This document shows positions 1 to 12,184 of a stretch of 64,000 nucleotides of DNA, in pieces. How positions within the stretch are numbered: position 1 is the first letter of the stretch; every line of letters starts with the position of its first letter. The translations under genes were made by a program, and so were the position numbers. The stretch lies in assembly GCF_009914755.1 (NCBI RefSeq), contig NC_060935.1; one strand, written 5' to 3'. Origin of the DNA: the human T2T-CHM13v2.0 reference genome, Homo sapiens. Under the pieces are notes generated by a model. The model was given only the letters and a program-made list of their open reading frames with translations. It searched no databases and had not been told where the DNA came from.

Positions 1-160
1 ACTGAGAAGTGACGTTTCTCAAGAGTAAAGAACAGGGTGACACTTAGCACAGCTCCCATTTCTATCGTTGTCTCTTCTACAAGTTAAAATCATAGGGCCA
101 AACTGAGTTTTCAGGATCTGATGGTATGCTCCTTTGCCTAATTAATTTTACTCTTCTTAG
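1..160 (+). other. ZC3H12C: 3' end of the last ZC3H12C intron (branch-like ctaat, polypyrimidine tract, AG acceptor)
   Basis: gcctaattaattttactcttcttag immediately before the exon. Confidence 0.9.
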
Positions 161-1557
161 GAAAGAAGTGTACCTATGGACACAAGTGCAAATATTACCA
201 TCCCGAAAGGGGCAGTCAGCCACAGCGGTCAGTGGCTGATGAACTCCGTGCCATGTCTAGAAATACGGCAGCCAAAACTGCAAACGAAGGAGGACTGGTG
301 AAAAGCAACAGTGTTCCTTGTAGCACCAAGGCTGATAGCACTTCTGATGTCAAACGAGGTGCTCCAAAGAGGCAATCAGATCCAAGCATAAGGACACAAG
401 TCTACCAAGACCTAGAAGAAAAGCTTCCCACCAAAAACAAATTGGAAACCAGGTCTGTACCTTCCTTAGTTAGCATCCCAGCTACTTCTACTGCAAAACC
501 CCAAAGCACTACATCTTTAAGCAATGGCCTTCCATCTGGAGTTCATTTCCCACCTCAGGATCAAAGACCACAGGGACAATATCCTTCAATGATGATGGCA
601 ACCAAAAATCATGGAACGCCAATGCCTTATGAACAGTATCCAAAATGTGACTCACCTGTCGACATCGGATATTATTCCATGTTGAATGCATACTCAAATC
701 TGAGTCTCTCAGGCCCACGAAGCCCTGAAAGGCGTTTCTCCTTAGACACAGATTATAGAATAAGTTCCGTAGCTTCTGACTGCAGCAGTGAAGGGAGCAT
801 GAGCTGTGGGAGCAGTGACTCCTACGTGGGTTACAATGACCGGTCCTATGTCAGCTCCCCCGACCCACAGCTAGAGGAGAATTTGAAGTGTCAACACATG
901 CACCCTCACAGCCGCCTTAATCCTCAACCGTTCCTGCAGAATTTCCACGACCCCTTAACCAGAGGGCAAAGTTACAGTCACGAAGAACCAAAGTTCCATC
1001 ACAAGCCTCCTCTTCCGCACCTGGCTCTGCACCTGCCGCACTCCGCTGTGGGCGCCCGGTCCAGCTGTCCTGGCGACTACCCCTCTCCTCCAAGTTCAGC
1101 ACACTCTAAGGCACCACACCTAGGGAGGTCCTTGGTGGCCACGAGAATAGACAGCATCTCTGACTCTCGACTTTATGACAGTTCTCCTTCACGACAAAGA
1201 AAGCCTTATTCCCGCCAGGAAGGCCTGGGAAGCTGGGAGAGGCCAGGCTATGGGATCGACGCCTATGGGTACCGGCAGACTTATTCCTTGCCCGATAACT
1301 CCACACAGCCGTGTTATGAGCAGTTCACCTTCCAGAGCCTCCCTGAGCAACAGGAGCCAGCCTGGCGGATCCCATACTGTGGAATGCCGCAAGATCCCCC
1401 GAGGTATCAAGACAACCGAGAAAAGATTTATATCAATTTGTGCAACATCTTCCCCCCTGACCTTGTGAGAATTGTCATGAAAAGGAATCCTCACATGACA
1501 GACGCCCAGCAGCTCGCCGCAGCCATTTTAGTGGAGAAATCCCAGCTGGGTTATTGA
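161..1557 (+). CDS. ZC3H12C: Last coding exon of Regnase-3/MCPIP3: second half of the CCCH zinc finger, long Ser/Pro-rich disordered region, Regnase C-terminal domain
   Basis: Acceptor ttttactcttcttag at 146-160. The exon reads (G)[31 protein letters not shown]..., in frame with ORF 232..1557. It ends [46 protein letters not shown], typical of the ZC3H12 C-terminal domain. TGA at 1555-1557. Confidence 0.96.
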
Positions 1558-4500
1558 AAGATGATGCATCTTTGTGGTGTTTAGTAGTTTTTTGTTCAGC
1601 TCAAATGCTGAGGGAGGTTTGCTACAATAGCACATGTGATCTCCTTCTCAGCAAGGAGGTTATATAGTATCCATTTATGTGAAATACTGTATCATGGAAT
1701 CTGTATGTATAGCCCCACATGGTGGAAGTATCACGGGATTGCTTTACATTTAAACTTTTTTTTTTTAACATTTCCTTTTTAAAGCTATATCCTTGGCTGG
1801 AAATTTTTCCAGTTTGATTTAATAGATGTATCTGTGATCTTTGATATTAATCTTTGGTGCATCAGGGGTTTATATGCAGCACTTTTTATCCTTGTTTTGT
1901 GTTTTATTAACTTGGTGTTTGTCTATCAATTGCAAGCAATTACAATACCTTCAGAATGTGGGACATTTGACTAGACCTAGCAAACTGTTTTTTCGAGCCA
2001 AGCTTAGTTAGACTCTTTTACAGCTTTTTAAGTTATTTTTATTTGGGGAAAGTGGGCTTCTTTGTGCTATAATCATTATTTATAGAAACAAAGTTATACT
2101 ACAGCACTGACTTTATATTTTAAACAGAATGTAAGTTACCAGTTTTATGTTGAAATGTGTTACAGTATATATATATTAGAATGATTTACAATATGGCACT
2201 TTTCGATGTGTTATTTTTGTTTGGATTTTTTTTTCTGTTAAGAAATTAGTTAATTTAATATGGTCAATTTAAAAGAAAGCAGATGCAATCAATGGAAAAA
2301 TGTTTCCATTTTTTAAAAATGAATAAGGCAAAAGCTGTAACTGTTACAGGTTAGAGCTTTGTTATCCAGCTATGATGTGCTTCTTGACAGTAGAAGTGGA
2401 ATTGAATTCCTAGATTTCCATTAACCTGTATTTTTAATATGTCTGTCTTTTTGTTTTGGGGCACAACAATACTGGATAAAATAACCCTTTCACAGCACTT
2501 GCCTGTTTTTAATGAATCTAATTATTCACAATGCAACTTTTATATTTAACATACTCTTTAGCTTTCCTGCTATTTATCAAGGCTGGCCTGAGGTGGGTTT
2601 ATGTGTTGAGGTTATGCAACATTTCTTGATACTGCACTATAGAGAAATGGTGATGGAGGAGTTGTAAATGGTAACTTAAAATTTTTGTAAGATATTGTAT
2701 ATTTTCCATTTTCCTGAAGGTAGTTTTCTTGGGGGGGCCTGTTATATTATTAAGGCCAGACTCTTGCCACAAATAGTGTAGTTTTAGATACAGACTAAGG
2801 TCTGTTCTAGTATTAGTAAGGGATATTTCTGGTTTCAAAGTCATGGGTTTTGCTAGTGGTGAATACATTTCTGCGGAGTAGAAGATAGATTTTGCAGTCA
2901 GTGGCAGACAGTTGTGTGATTGACATCACTTGACTGTTGCGTCCAGGTTTTGAATTGTACTTCACGTAACAGATGCATTCAGATCTTTTTCTGTAGTCTG
3001 CTTAGATGCCCTGGCTATTCTGATTATCCTACATGCTACAGTTTGAAGTGAAGCCCTGAAAAACCAGAAAGTACCTTTTACTGTTGATACAAATTGTATC
3101 TTTTTAACTATAAGAACTATTTTGATTTGTAGATCTAGTTAAAACACAAGTATGTAACTATGATTAGACTTTTGGGCAACATTTTATCCCTTATTTAAAT
3201 ACAAATTTTTAAAGTAAAATTGAGGTCTAGAATAGATTAGAAAATAAAAATAACAATTTAGATAAATAGAAATGTCTGTCTTAGTTTTATATAATATATT
3301 AAAACACAGTAAATAAATTTATTGGCATTTTCTTTCTCCTAAAACTTACCTAGTGTGAACTTAAAATAAAGGTAAAATGCTGCCTGAAAATAATGTCCAA
3401 GCACCTTTGACTAGGATAACATTTTCACTACTTGTGTGACACTGTGTGTTGCACGAAGTAGGATTTGGGTATACAGTAAATGCTTCTAAAAGGCATTGTG
3501 CATATTGACATAACCAATAATCTGAACCGTGTTCAGCAAACTTAATTCAGGAAAGTGGTATTCTACACAATTATTGCTGTTGTGTTTGAAATGAGTGTGG
3601 CACTCATCTGTATCCAGAAATAATATGGGTGAGGCCACACAACCCATTCTGAGTGGTGTCTGTCTGAAAGCAACCCTACTCGCATGTGAAATTGTTCTCC
3701 TTGATTTGGTCACTATAAAGCAAGTTTAAATGTAGAGGCTAACTCAGTGCCAAAAACAGGGTTACAAATGTGTAGTATCTTTTATTTTAGTCATATTCTA
3801 AGACTTCTTTTTAGTATGAAATCACTTTTAAATTATACATGTAGGTTTTGCTTCCATTTTCTTCATTTTACCATTTTAATTATTTGAACATTCGCCAAAT
3901 TTTACATTTATTTAAATGAGATCTTAGGTGAGATGTGTGTGACACTTTGAATTTGACCTTCTTGTGTTATTAGCTGACTATTTGTCATTGCCTCATGGAT
4001 TTTAAATTATGGGAAAATAGTGTAGCCAGCTGCCACCTCTACTGAAGTGAGTAGCTCTGAACTACCCACACTAAATCCTTCAGTGTAATTAATTATGAGT
4101 TTAAAAATAGCAGTTTTCTTATGTGAAGAGGACAGTTTGTCCCCTTTTTTTGAAGCACCGATGTTGCGTTCAGAGCTGTAGAATGAGATAATTGGCAGAC
4201 TTTAGGTACAGCAAATTCTTACTTATCTAAAGCAATAAGTCAAAGGAGTCCATCATTAAATTAAATCCATAGCTGATCACAAGCCTTCATTTTAGCCAAA
4301 ACTTTCTCTCTAACCAAATCTTTTACCAGACTTGCTAATAAATAACCAGAGAGATGTGTTAATAAGTGAAGTTGCCAGAAATGGTCAACTGATCGGAAAA
4401 AAAAGGATTCAGACTGGAGTATTTTGCCCCTGAATAATTGACAGTTGACTGTGCTTTACACAGTAACTAGCCAGTCTGTTGTCTCTGTGTCTTAGTCCAG

Positions 4501-5157
4501 AGGGAATAGTACCCAATTGGCCAAATACTGGCCCTTAGTATCTCCTCCTTTCTTGCATGGGATACAGACGTTTTCAGTCTTGTTTTTATGATCTCTCTCT
4601 ATATCCTGATAAGAGTTTGTCATTGACTTACACATTTGGAAGAAATGCACACCAGTGTAATATATTTGATACTGGTGGAAACTTGAACTTTGTGTTTTTA
4701 TGAAAATTCATTTATGAGAATATGTAATATAACTGAAGAGTATTTTATGTATATCTATATACACAAATATGTATTTGTTATGAGGTATTAAAAACAGGGG
4801 TTGGGGGGAGTGCTTCTGATGGCTAACTTTTCTCTAATTAAACTATGTTTCTTTGAGTTGTGAACGACCGAGTCTGGGGTCTGGACGGCCAATGATAAGA
4901 TTTAGAACCACTTGGATGGAAAGCAGTTCTTCACTGGTTTTATTCTTGGTATTTTCAAAGAATTATTTTGATATTTTTAATAGAATGTGTAATTTTAAAA
5001 TACACAAAAAACTTAAAGTAGTATTGATTATACAAATAATTATTTAACATGTCTTATGGATGTATCTATATGTATATAGACAGTAATATATTTATAAAAC
5101 AAATATACTTTGCTTATGTTATAGCTCTTAGTTTGTGACAGGTGGGAGGATGGCTCT

Positions 5158-5160
<3 letters not shown>

Positions 5161-5200
<40 letters not shown>
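5161..5200 (+). repeat. (TG)20 microsatellite in the 3' UTR
   Basis: Direct reading. Confidence 0.97.
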
Positions 5201-5204
<4 letters not shown>

Positions 5205-5606
5205 GAAAACTCTCAAGCTGTTTTCCCTCTGATTTACAATGGTATTTACTTTAAAGTATGTTTGGTTTTCATTATTCTTTTTGCTCTCCAACTTCCTTAT
5301 TCAAGATAAAATAAGACATACAGTTTTCTGGCCATTCTGTTGGTGTGTGGTGCACCCATTTTATTGTCATCTAACTCCTGGAGAATTCCCACGTGACCTG
5401 AAATCAAACAGATTCTGGCTGGACATATGCTTATGTTCCAAATATATTAAAGATGTTAATTCAGCTAACAGTTAAGTTTCCAAGGTATACACCAACAAAT
5501 AAAATGAGGTATTAAAAAGAGATGGATTACACACATGCATTAGAATAAGAGAAAACAGTAGTGTTAATAAAAGTAAAGAAACATACACTATCTTAGCCCC
5601 CTAGGG

Positions 5607-5823
5607 CAGGGGTTGACTTTTTCTGTAAAGGATCAGATAGTAAATAATACAGGAATCATATGGACTTCAAATGCCATTGTAAAAACTACTCAGCTCTGCC
5701 TTTAGAGCATAAGAACAGCCACAGATAACATGTAAATTAGTGTGGCTGTGTTCCAATAAAACTTTATTTACAGAAACGGGAAGCCGGTCAGATTGGGCCT
5801 GTGGGCCATAATTTGCTGATCTC
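5607..5823 (+). mobile_element. MER58A (hAT-Charlie MITE) in the ZC3H12C 3' UTR
   Basis: cagggg...ttttctgtaaag..cagatagtaaata ... gtggctgtgttccaataaaactttatttacagaaac...gggccataatttgctga resembles the MER58A consensus. Confidence 0.85.
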
Positions 5824-7500
5824 AAGCAGTAAATCCTGGTATATGTTAATAGAAGAAATCATAATTGCATTTCAGTTGACATTAAAAGAAAATCTGGTAG
5901 TTTTTGATGTCCTTCAAAAGAGGATTGTTAGACATTGATGTTAAAGCATCTTAATTCATTTGAGTTTTCTTACCTGTTTACACCCATTATTTATTAGAGA
6001 TATTTCTTGTGTTTAACCACAAAAAAAAGCACTCTGTTAAAATGTTTTAATATGTATTGAATTTCTTTCATAAACTTTTCATTTCTGTTGATAAATGGGA
6101 ATCCCTTACCAACCTTTTGTTTTTTAAAAGTCTCATAGACCAAAAAAAATCTGTTGCAGCATTTAATTAGCCACAGATACATTTTGGCTGCATTTACCAG
6201 TTACATTTTTCCATTGGTTTTGGCTTCTAATAAATAACATATCTGCCATTCTTTAAAAATGATTTTAAAGAAGATAAATATATTGTAATTTCACATGCTA
6301 TAGCTTTATTCTGTAAGATTAAAAATTGTGACTAGTATAATTGTAGCTATAATGTGAGTGGCATGTTACAATGTAACTCTTTATGAGAAATAAAATGTAT
6401 CTCTGCTTTGTCTGTCCAGATCTTTAGGATTTTTAGATGCCTTGGGACTGTCCTTGGTGAATGATATTCTTCATATGATCATATGTAATTTTGAATTCGT
6501 TGGAAGTACACGCTGCTGAGCATGTTTATTCACAGTGCTTTATACCGGGTGTTGCATCAGTAATCATTTTCATAAGAACATTTAAACAGCATGAACATCA
6601 TCATCCACTTAAATAGTTAAACTTTCTTTTAAAATTGGAATGCAACTGTAGGTTTTAACAATGTTTATTGTTTTTTAAGTGGTTACTTTGTTTTTCCTTA
6701 ATACTTTCTGTTAACTTAATTATTACTCCTGTTGCAGTGTTACTGTTATGTATTAGAAGTGGCTTTTCCCCCTAAGATCCTTAGTCTTTTAAAGACAATT
6801 TAAGGTATTGGCCATTTGGCAGTAGAAAATGTGCATGTTTTAACTTGGTTTTATAAAATCTGTAATGTTTCACTTCTTGAACCATGTACCAAATTTGCCA
6901 ATTTTCTGTCCAAGTGTTTCAGATGAATAACAAAACGCTGTTCATTGAAGCTTTCGCCACCTTTCTTAAAGCAGCGTATGTTCCAAGGGAAAAAGGCATT
7001 GAAAAGCAATCGTTTGTTTTTATGAAGAATAGGTGTTCAGATTCCTTCAGTTTTTTTGAAATTAGAAATTTCTTACCTTATGTGAAATATTCACAAACGT
7101 GCACACTTCTGCAGAGACAAAGCATTTCACTGCACGTGTACCAGGTTATTGATTTTATCTTTTCCTTTCAGGGTTTTGTCCTCCCAAACCAGAGTCATAT
7201 GCTGCTAGTAGAATTTTTTATTTGATCCTGCGAACTTTTCTTATAGGAAAAGTAAGGCAAAGGATGTGTAGTGCAACCATCTGATAAACTAGTGTGATTG
7301 TATTTATCCTCTGTTCTGTGTATTTCTGTAATGGAATCTTTACAATTCCCAAAACGGTATTTTAGACCTACTGGAAATCTGTATCGAAACAGCTATGTGA
7401 TTCTGCCACTGAGAAAAAAAAATTTTTTAATTCGTTTTTCTTATGCTGGTTTGTTTTTCTTTAATGAAGAAATTGATCTCATATGGCATCATAGATGCTA

Positions 7501-7640
7501 AATAAATAAAAGCATCATACTTCTCTAGTTTGCCTGCATTCAGTGGCTAACATTATGAGCATTGTGTAAGATAAACACATGGTCAGTATCAATGTAAATG
7601 TTAGAGCCATGATTAATTCCTATGAAAATTGAAATTAAAT
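7501..7640 (+). terminator. Distal polyadenylation signals of ZC3H12C
   Basis: Overlapping AATAAATAAA at 7501-7510 and ATTAAA near 7634, with U/GU-rich sequence downstream (gtgttttttttt ~7679-7690). Confidence 0.7.
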
Positions 7641-7803
7641 GTCAAAGACAACTAGACATAACTTAAGGCATGATGAGAGTGTTTTTTTTTCCTGAACCCG
7701 TCATTATAGTGTTGGTTCCCAGTGCTTTTGAAGTATCATCAGGTGTCTGGCTAAGAGTATTGTTGGTAGGGACCTCGTCCAGGGAGTTTGTAAGATAATG
7801 CTA

Positions 7804-8151
<348 letters not shown>

Positions 8152-9579
8152 TGTATCAAAAAGACTCATTGGTGCAGTGGTGTTTACTAGGATGCACAAA
8201 ACTTTGAGCCCTGATGTCCATGACACCCTGACAGGTAGTGGGGCACAGAGAATGAGGGTCCACACATCCCTCTTCAAGTTAACTTCTTTAGCTGGCCTGG
8301 AATGTACGGGGCCACATAGCCAACAGGAATAAGGATTTTGTTTGTAAAAATAAATTGAATAGATTTGAATGCACAGAAATTGAAATTTTTATCTCTTTAA
8401 TAGTTGAGGCTGGAAAACTTAGATCATTGTGGGGAAATGCTCTGCTTCTGTGAAATTCCTGCACAGATTGGGAGAGATTGCAGACAGCTGTCAGGTACTC
8501 CAGGGCTGTGTTTGACTCTCAGTCCTGCACGTATTACTATGGTAACTATATATATGAGACACACAATATGTAAAATTTGGGCAAATTATTCTCTTTCAGA
8601 GTCTTTTTCATACACCGTTGTGAAATGATCAGAATGCCTATCTCACAGGCTTATTGTCACTAGCTACATGGTGGTGATGACCGTGGGCGTAAGGATGACT
8701 CAAGGACAGATGCAAACAAATACAATGCGGCATCCACCCTGTTCTTGCTGAAGTAAAACAGCAATCTTCGCTGTATCCCGACTATTCTAGACAGCAGTGT
8801 CTTCCTGACCCAATTGTCCTAATAATTTTCTATTAACGAAATACTCTGTTTCCGATGCAGTCACCGTATTGTCATGATCTTCATGATTTAGCATGTGGAC
8901 GTTCTGTGTCATTGCGTGAGAAGCCACTATTTCAGAGAGCGGGTTTCTCCTCTGACATTGCTTTTTGGACCTTTGCTTTTCTTCTTTTTCCCTAAAATTT
9001 CCATTTGCATTCTTAAGTATTCTTTTTTTCCCCCACTTGATTACTTTAAGCTGTGTAACTGCAAGCTTATGGATTTAGACCATTTATTTTGGCTCTGCCA
9101 GCAGATTTGATTATTGATGTTTGATTGTGGACAGAGGAGTCAGCATATTCAAAATAAGCATTAGGTGTGAGAGTTCCCCAGGTACTTCCACAGGCTGAGC
9201 CAAGAATCCAGGAGAATATTCTATTAGGCAACAGTGTTACCTGGGGTAAGGACTTTATTTCTTCTCCACCTATACCATTGGGTAAGAAGAATGGGTTAAT
9301 ACTCATTGATGAATGAAGTGGCATGTGAGAAGGGGAGTTTCGTAAAAAGCAACTATGACAGTGAATTTATTCAAAACAAAACAAAACGCCTGCAGTTGGG
9401 CCTCTCATTAGTTAAACATCCTTATTTGTTAGCCTTTGCACCTCCGCCTCTGTTGCTGTTTTAGAGTTAATGGTTTTCATTTTTGTGTTTTTAAAGGATT
9501 TTTAAATTTTTTTAACATTTTAAAGGTTTCCCTTTTTAAAGATTTTTAAAATAACCTTTTAAAAAATGTATTCCTCTCT

Positions 9580-9780
9580 AGGTGCAGTCATCGGCCTTGG
9601 GTTAAGAGTACACACCCAGCTCCACACATCATACATGTAGCAGATTGGCAAATTACTAAACAGAGTAATAATTGCCCCCATTTCCTAGGGTTGTTAAGAC
9701 TAAATGAGTTGAAACAAGTAAAACCCTTTGAACATGCAAATCCATAGTGTGTGTTCAATAAGTGACAGCCATTATTATGT
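9580..9780 (+). mobile_element. MIR fragment
   Basis: gttaagagtac...ggcaaattact...cctagggttgttaagactaaatgagttgaa..gtaaaac..ttgaaca...ttcaataagtgacagccattatt. Confidence 0.6.
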
Positions 9781-10117
9781 AAATAACTAGGGGTATTTAA
9801 ATGCGTAGTAATTTTGAGGCTTTCTCAATGGAGCCTTCCCTATCTCTATAGTTATGCTGTGGAAGAGTTTGAATTCTAACAATCAATGTAATTTGATTTA
9901 TTCACTGGTGAGGTCTATTTCAGGAGTGGTATTTTAACCTTCAAAGAGTTCTTAGAACCCACTTCCTTGCTGCTCCCATCACTCAGCTCTTCTAGGTTTA
10001 AGGGTTTTTCCTCTGTATCTGCATTGTAATAGGGAAAGTGGAATAACAAATGATAATTACAAAAAGATTTCAGAATCTCACAGTTAAGCAGTTTACGACG
10101 GCGTCACTAACATCCCC

Positions 10118-10150
10118 TGCACTCCACTTTTACTCCTGAAGGTGGCGCTC
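10118..10150 (+). promoter_or_regulatory. Candidate CTCF site with upstream (ZF9-11) motif
   Basis: Core CCTGAAGGTGGCGCT (10135-10149), preceded at the usual spacing by TGCACTCCA; locally CpG-retaining sequence. Confidence 0.55.
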
Positions 10151-10419
10151 CGCAAACCTGTCTGCGTCTCTTCCCCACCGCACACACCCCTGACCGAAGT
10201 GAAAAGGAATGTCGGTCCCTTACCGTAAGAACCTACAGAGCCGACCTGGACAGAGCAATGGCTGCTGTGTGGTCTCAGGTGGACGATGTACATTTCTGGG
10301 GAGATGTCAGATGACACTGGGCAACTGTTTTTCCCTTAAGCATTCCCTTCTAGTTTACAACTGCCGCTTTCAAAGTTGGAGAGATAAGGCTAGCAGGAAG
10401 AATACTCACATCTGAGGGT

Positions 10420-10560
10420 CCAGTACTATATATTTACATAAATTAAAATCCTATGAAATAAGCATTATCCCTATTTTAGAAATGAGGAAACTGAGACTCC
10501 AAAAGCTAAAAGCACTTACTCAAAGACAACCTCGTGATTCAATTCCCACTGTGCATGCTT
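10420..10560 (-). mobile_element. MIR fragment
   Basis: attatccctattttagaaatgaggaaactgagactc core. Confidence 0.7.
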
Positions 10561-10699
10561 TCAGAATTCTTTTTCCCACTTCAGTGTGCTGCAAAGCAGT
10601 GCTAGGAATGGGCCCTTAGTCACCTTTGGTATGAGTTATTCTACACAAAGTTAGGTCTGAGGAATGAAACCAGTTATGCTATAAATGCACATCCTTGAA

Positions 10700-11055
10700 C
10701 ATGCTATAACTTTACCTGGGAACAGGGAGAGACTAGGAAAAATATGAACTAGTGCTGTATTTTTACTTCTTCCGTGGACCCACACACCTTCATCACTCTG
10801 CTTTCATGTACAAACACCTGCGACAATGATGTCACTTGGATTAGAGGAAAGGTTTCACTGAGATCTTCCTGTCTTGAGGCTTGTGGTGATGGGCTTGGGT
10901 TGGGACTCAGGCCAGCTGACCAGGGTTCACTGCTTAAGGCCCCAGAAAAACCCAGGGCCCGCTGCGTCTGATAAGCAACAGTGGTAGCTTCTGTGTCCAA
11001 AGGAGGTTATTTCAGAGTCTGGACTCTTGTCTCCACTCTAGCATTCTTTGTAGCC
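10700..11055 (-). other. RDX: Candidate distal non-coding terminal exon of a 3'-extended RDX isoform
   Basis: Minus-strand acceptor ctgccttttactctccag|G at 11056-11057 and variant signal AGTAAA at 10762-10767. Recollection that RDX isoforms extend to ~3 kb from the ZC3H12C end. 3' boundary uncertain. Confidence 0.4.
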
Positions 11056-11887
11056 CTGGAGAGTAAAAGGCAGTACATTTATTTCTAATGTTTCCAATCA
11101 TGCTCAGGGACGTTCTAGGGTGTTTTTAGAGAAGGCCTATTTAGCTTTCAGACTCTTGACAATGCCCACTGCAAACACAACACCTTTTATGCTGAAGCAG
11201 CTGCCACTGGCATTTTCCTGGGCTTTGTGTTTTGCACAAATTCACCATGAGATTAAAAATAGGAAAGTTTAATTAGGTAGCCAAACAGATTCCCTTCCTA
11301 GTTCCCCAGGAGAACTCAGTGAGGAAGAGAGCACTGAAAGAATGGCAAGTACAATGTTTAAATGCACTTCCTGCTCTTGTCCAGAGGTCTGGGTGGGTGG
11401 GTGTCAGTGCACAGAGGGTCCCCCTTCAGCCCCTGGGGTGGGGGTGGGGGCCTGCCAGAGGCGAGGCTTTCTGTCTCAGCCTTCAAAGCCCTCTCCCCAC
11501 TGCTCTCCACTTTCCAAGGATGTAATTATCATTCATTTGAATAATTCTTTCAAATATGCATGTGAAAAGATTGAGGGAGATGGCAAATACAATTTGGTAA
11601 CTACATGAAAAGCTATTCAGTAAACTCTGGAGGAGATTTATGGGTTTGCTCTGTATGTTGCCAAATTAAGACAAGGACAAAGCACATTGTGCCATAGTGA
11701 ATGCAATACACATTAAAACCCTGCAAATTAGACAAGGAGGATTGGAGCAAGATGCCTGTTCTAGTCCAAGCTCAACTTCATTGCCTACATTGAAGGGAGG
11801 TGGGAAGCAGTGGGAGAGGCGGGAGTGGGGACTACAGGAGGCCCCTGGGCCAAGGCGGGTGTGGGTGAGGGCGCACCAGCACCAGCC

Positions 11888-12184
11888 TTTTTTTCTTTTT
11901 CTTTTTTTCTTTTTTTTTTTTTCTGAGGCAGAGTCTCGCTCTGTTGCCCAGGCTGGAGTGCAGTGGCGTGACCTCGGCTCACTGTACCCTCTGCCTCCCA
12001 GGTTCAAGAAAGTAGCTGGGACCACAGGTGCGCACCACCACACCCAGCCAATTTTTGTATTTTTAGTAGAGACGGGGTTTCACCATGTTGGCCAGGCTAG
12101 TCTCAAACTCCTGACCTCAAGTGATCTGCCTGCCTCAGCCTCCTAAGGTACTGGGATTACAGGCATGAGCCACCTTGTCCGGCC
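11888..12184 (-). mobile_element. AluS with internal deletion
   Basis: Poly-T then Alu reverse complement; TSD gcaccagc(c)tttt on both sides. Confidence 0.92.

Larger units (their letters stand above)
1558..7660 (+). other. ZC3H12C: ~6 kb AU-rich 3' UTR of ZC3H12C
   Basis: Continuous AU-rich, Alu-free sequence after the stop. Ends at tandem AATAAA (7501-7510) and ATTAAA (~7634); Alus begin at 7868. Confidence 0.8.

Noticed and set aside
232-234. GTG start of the 441-aa ORF
   Set aside because: Artefact of the ORF caller. The frame continues upstream to the splice acceptor at 160/161, so this is an internal codon of a spliced exon.
8446-8454. Perfect Roquin CDE core TTCTGTGAA
   Set aside because: Lies downstream of the ZC3H12C poly(A) signals and beyond an Alu, so probably not in the mRNA.
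9480-9570. Repeated TTTTAAA units
   Set aside because: Low-complexity AT-rich sequence with no supportable function.
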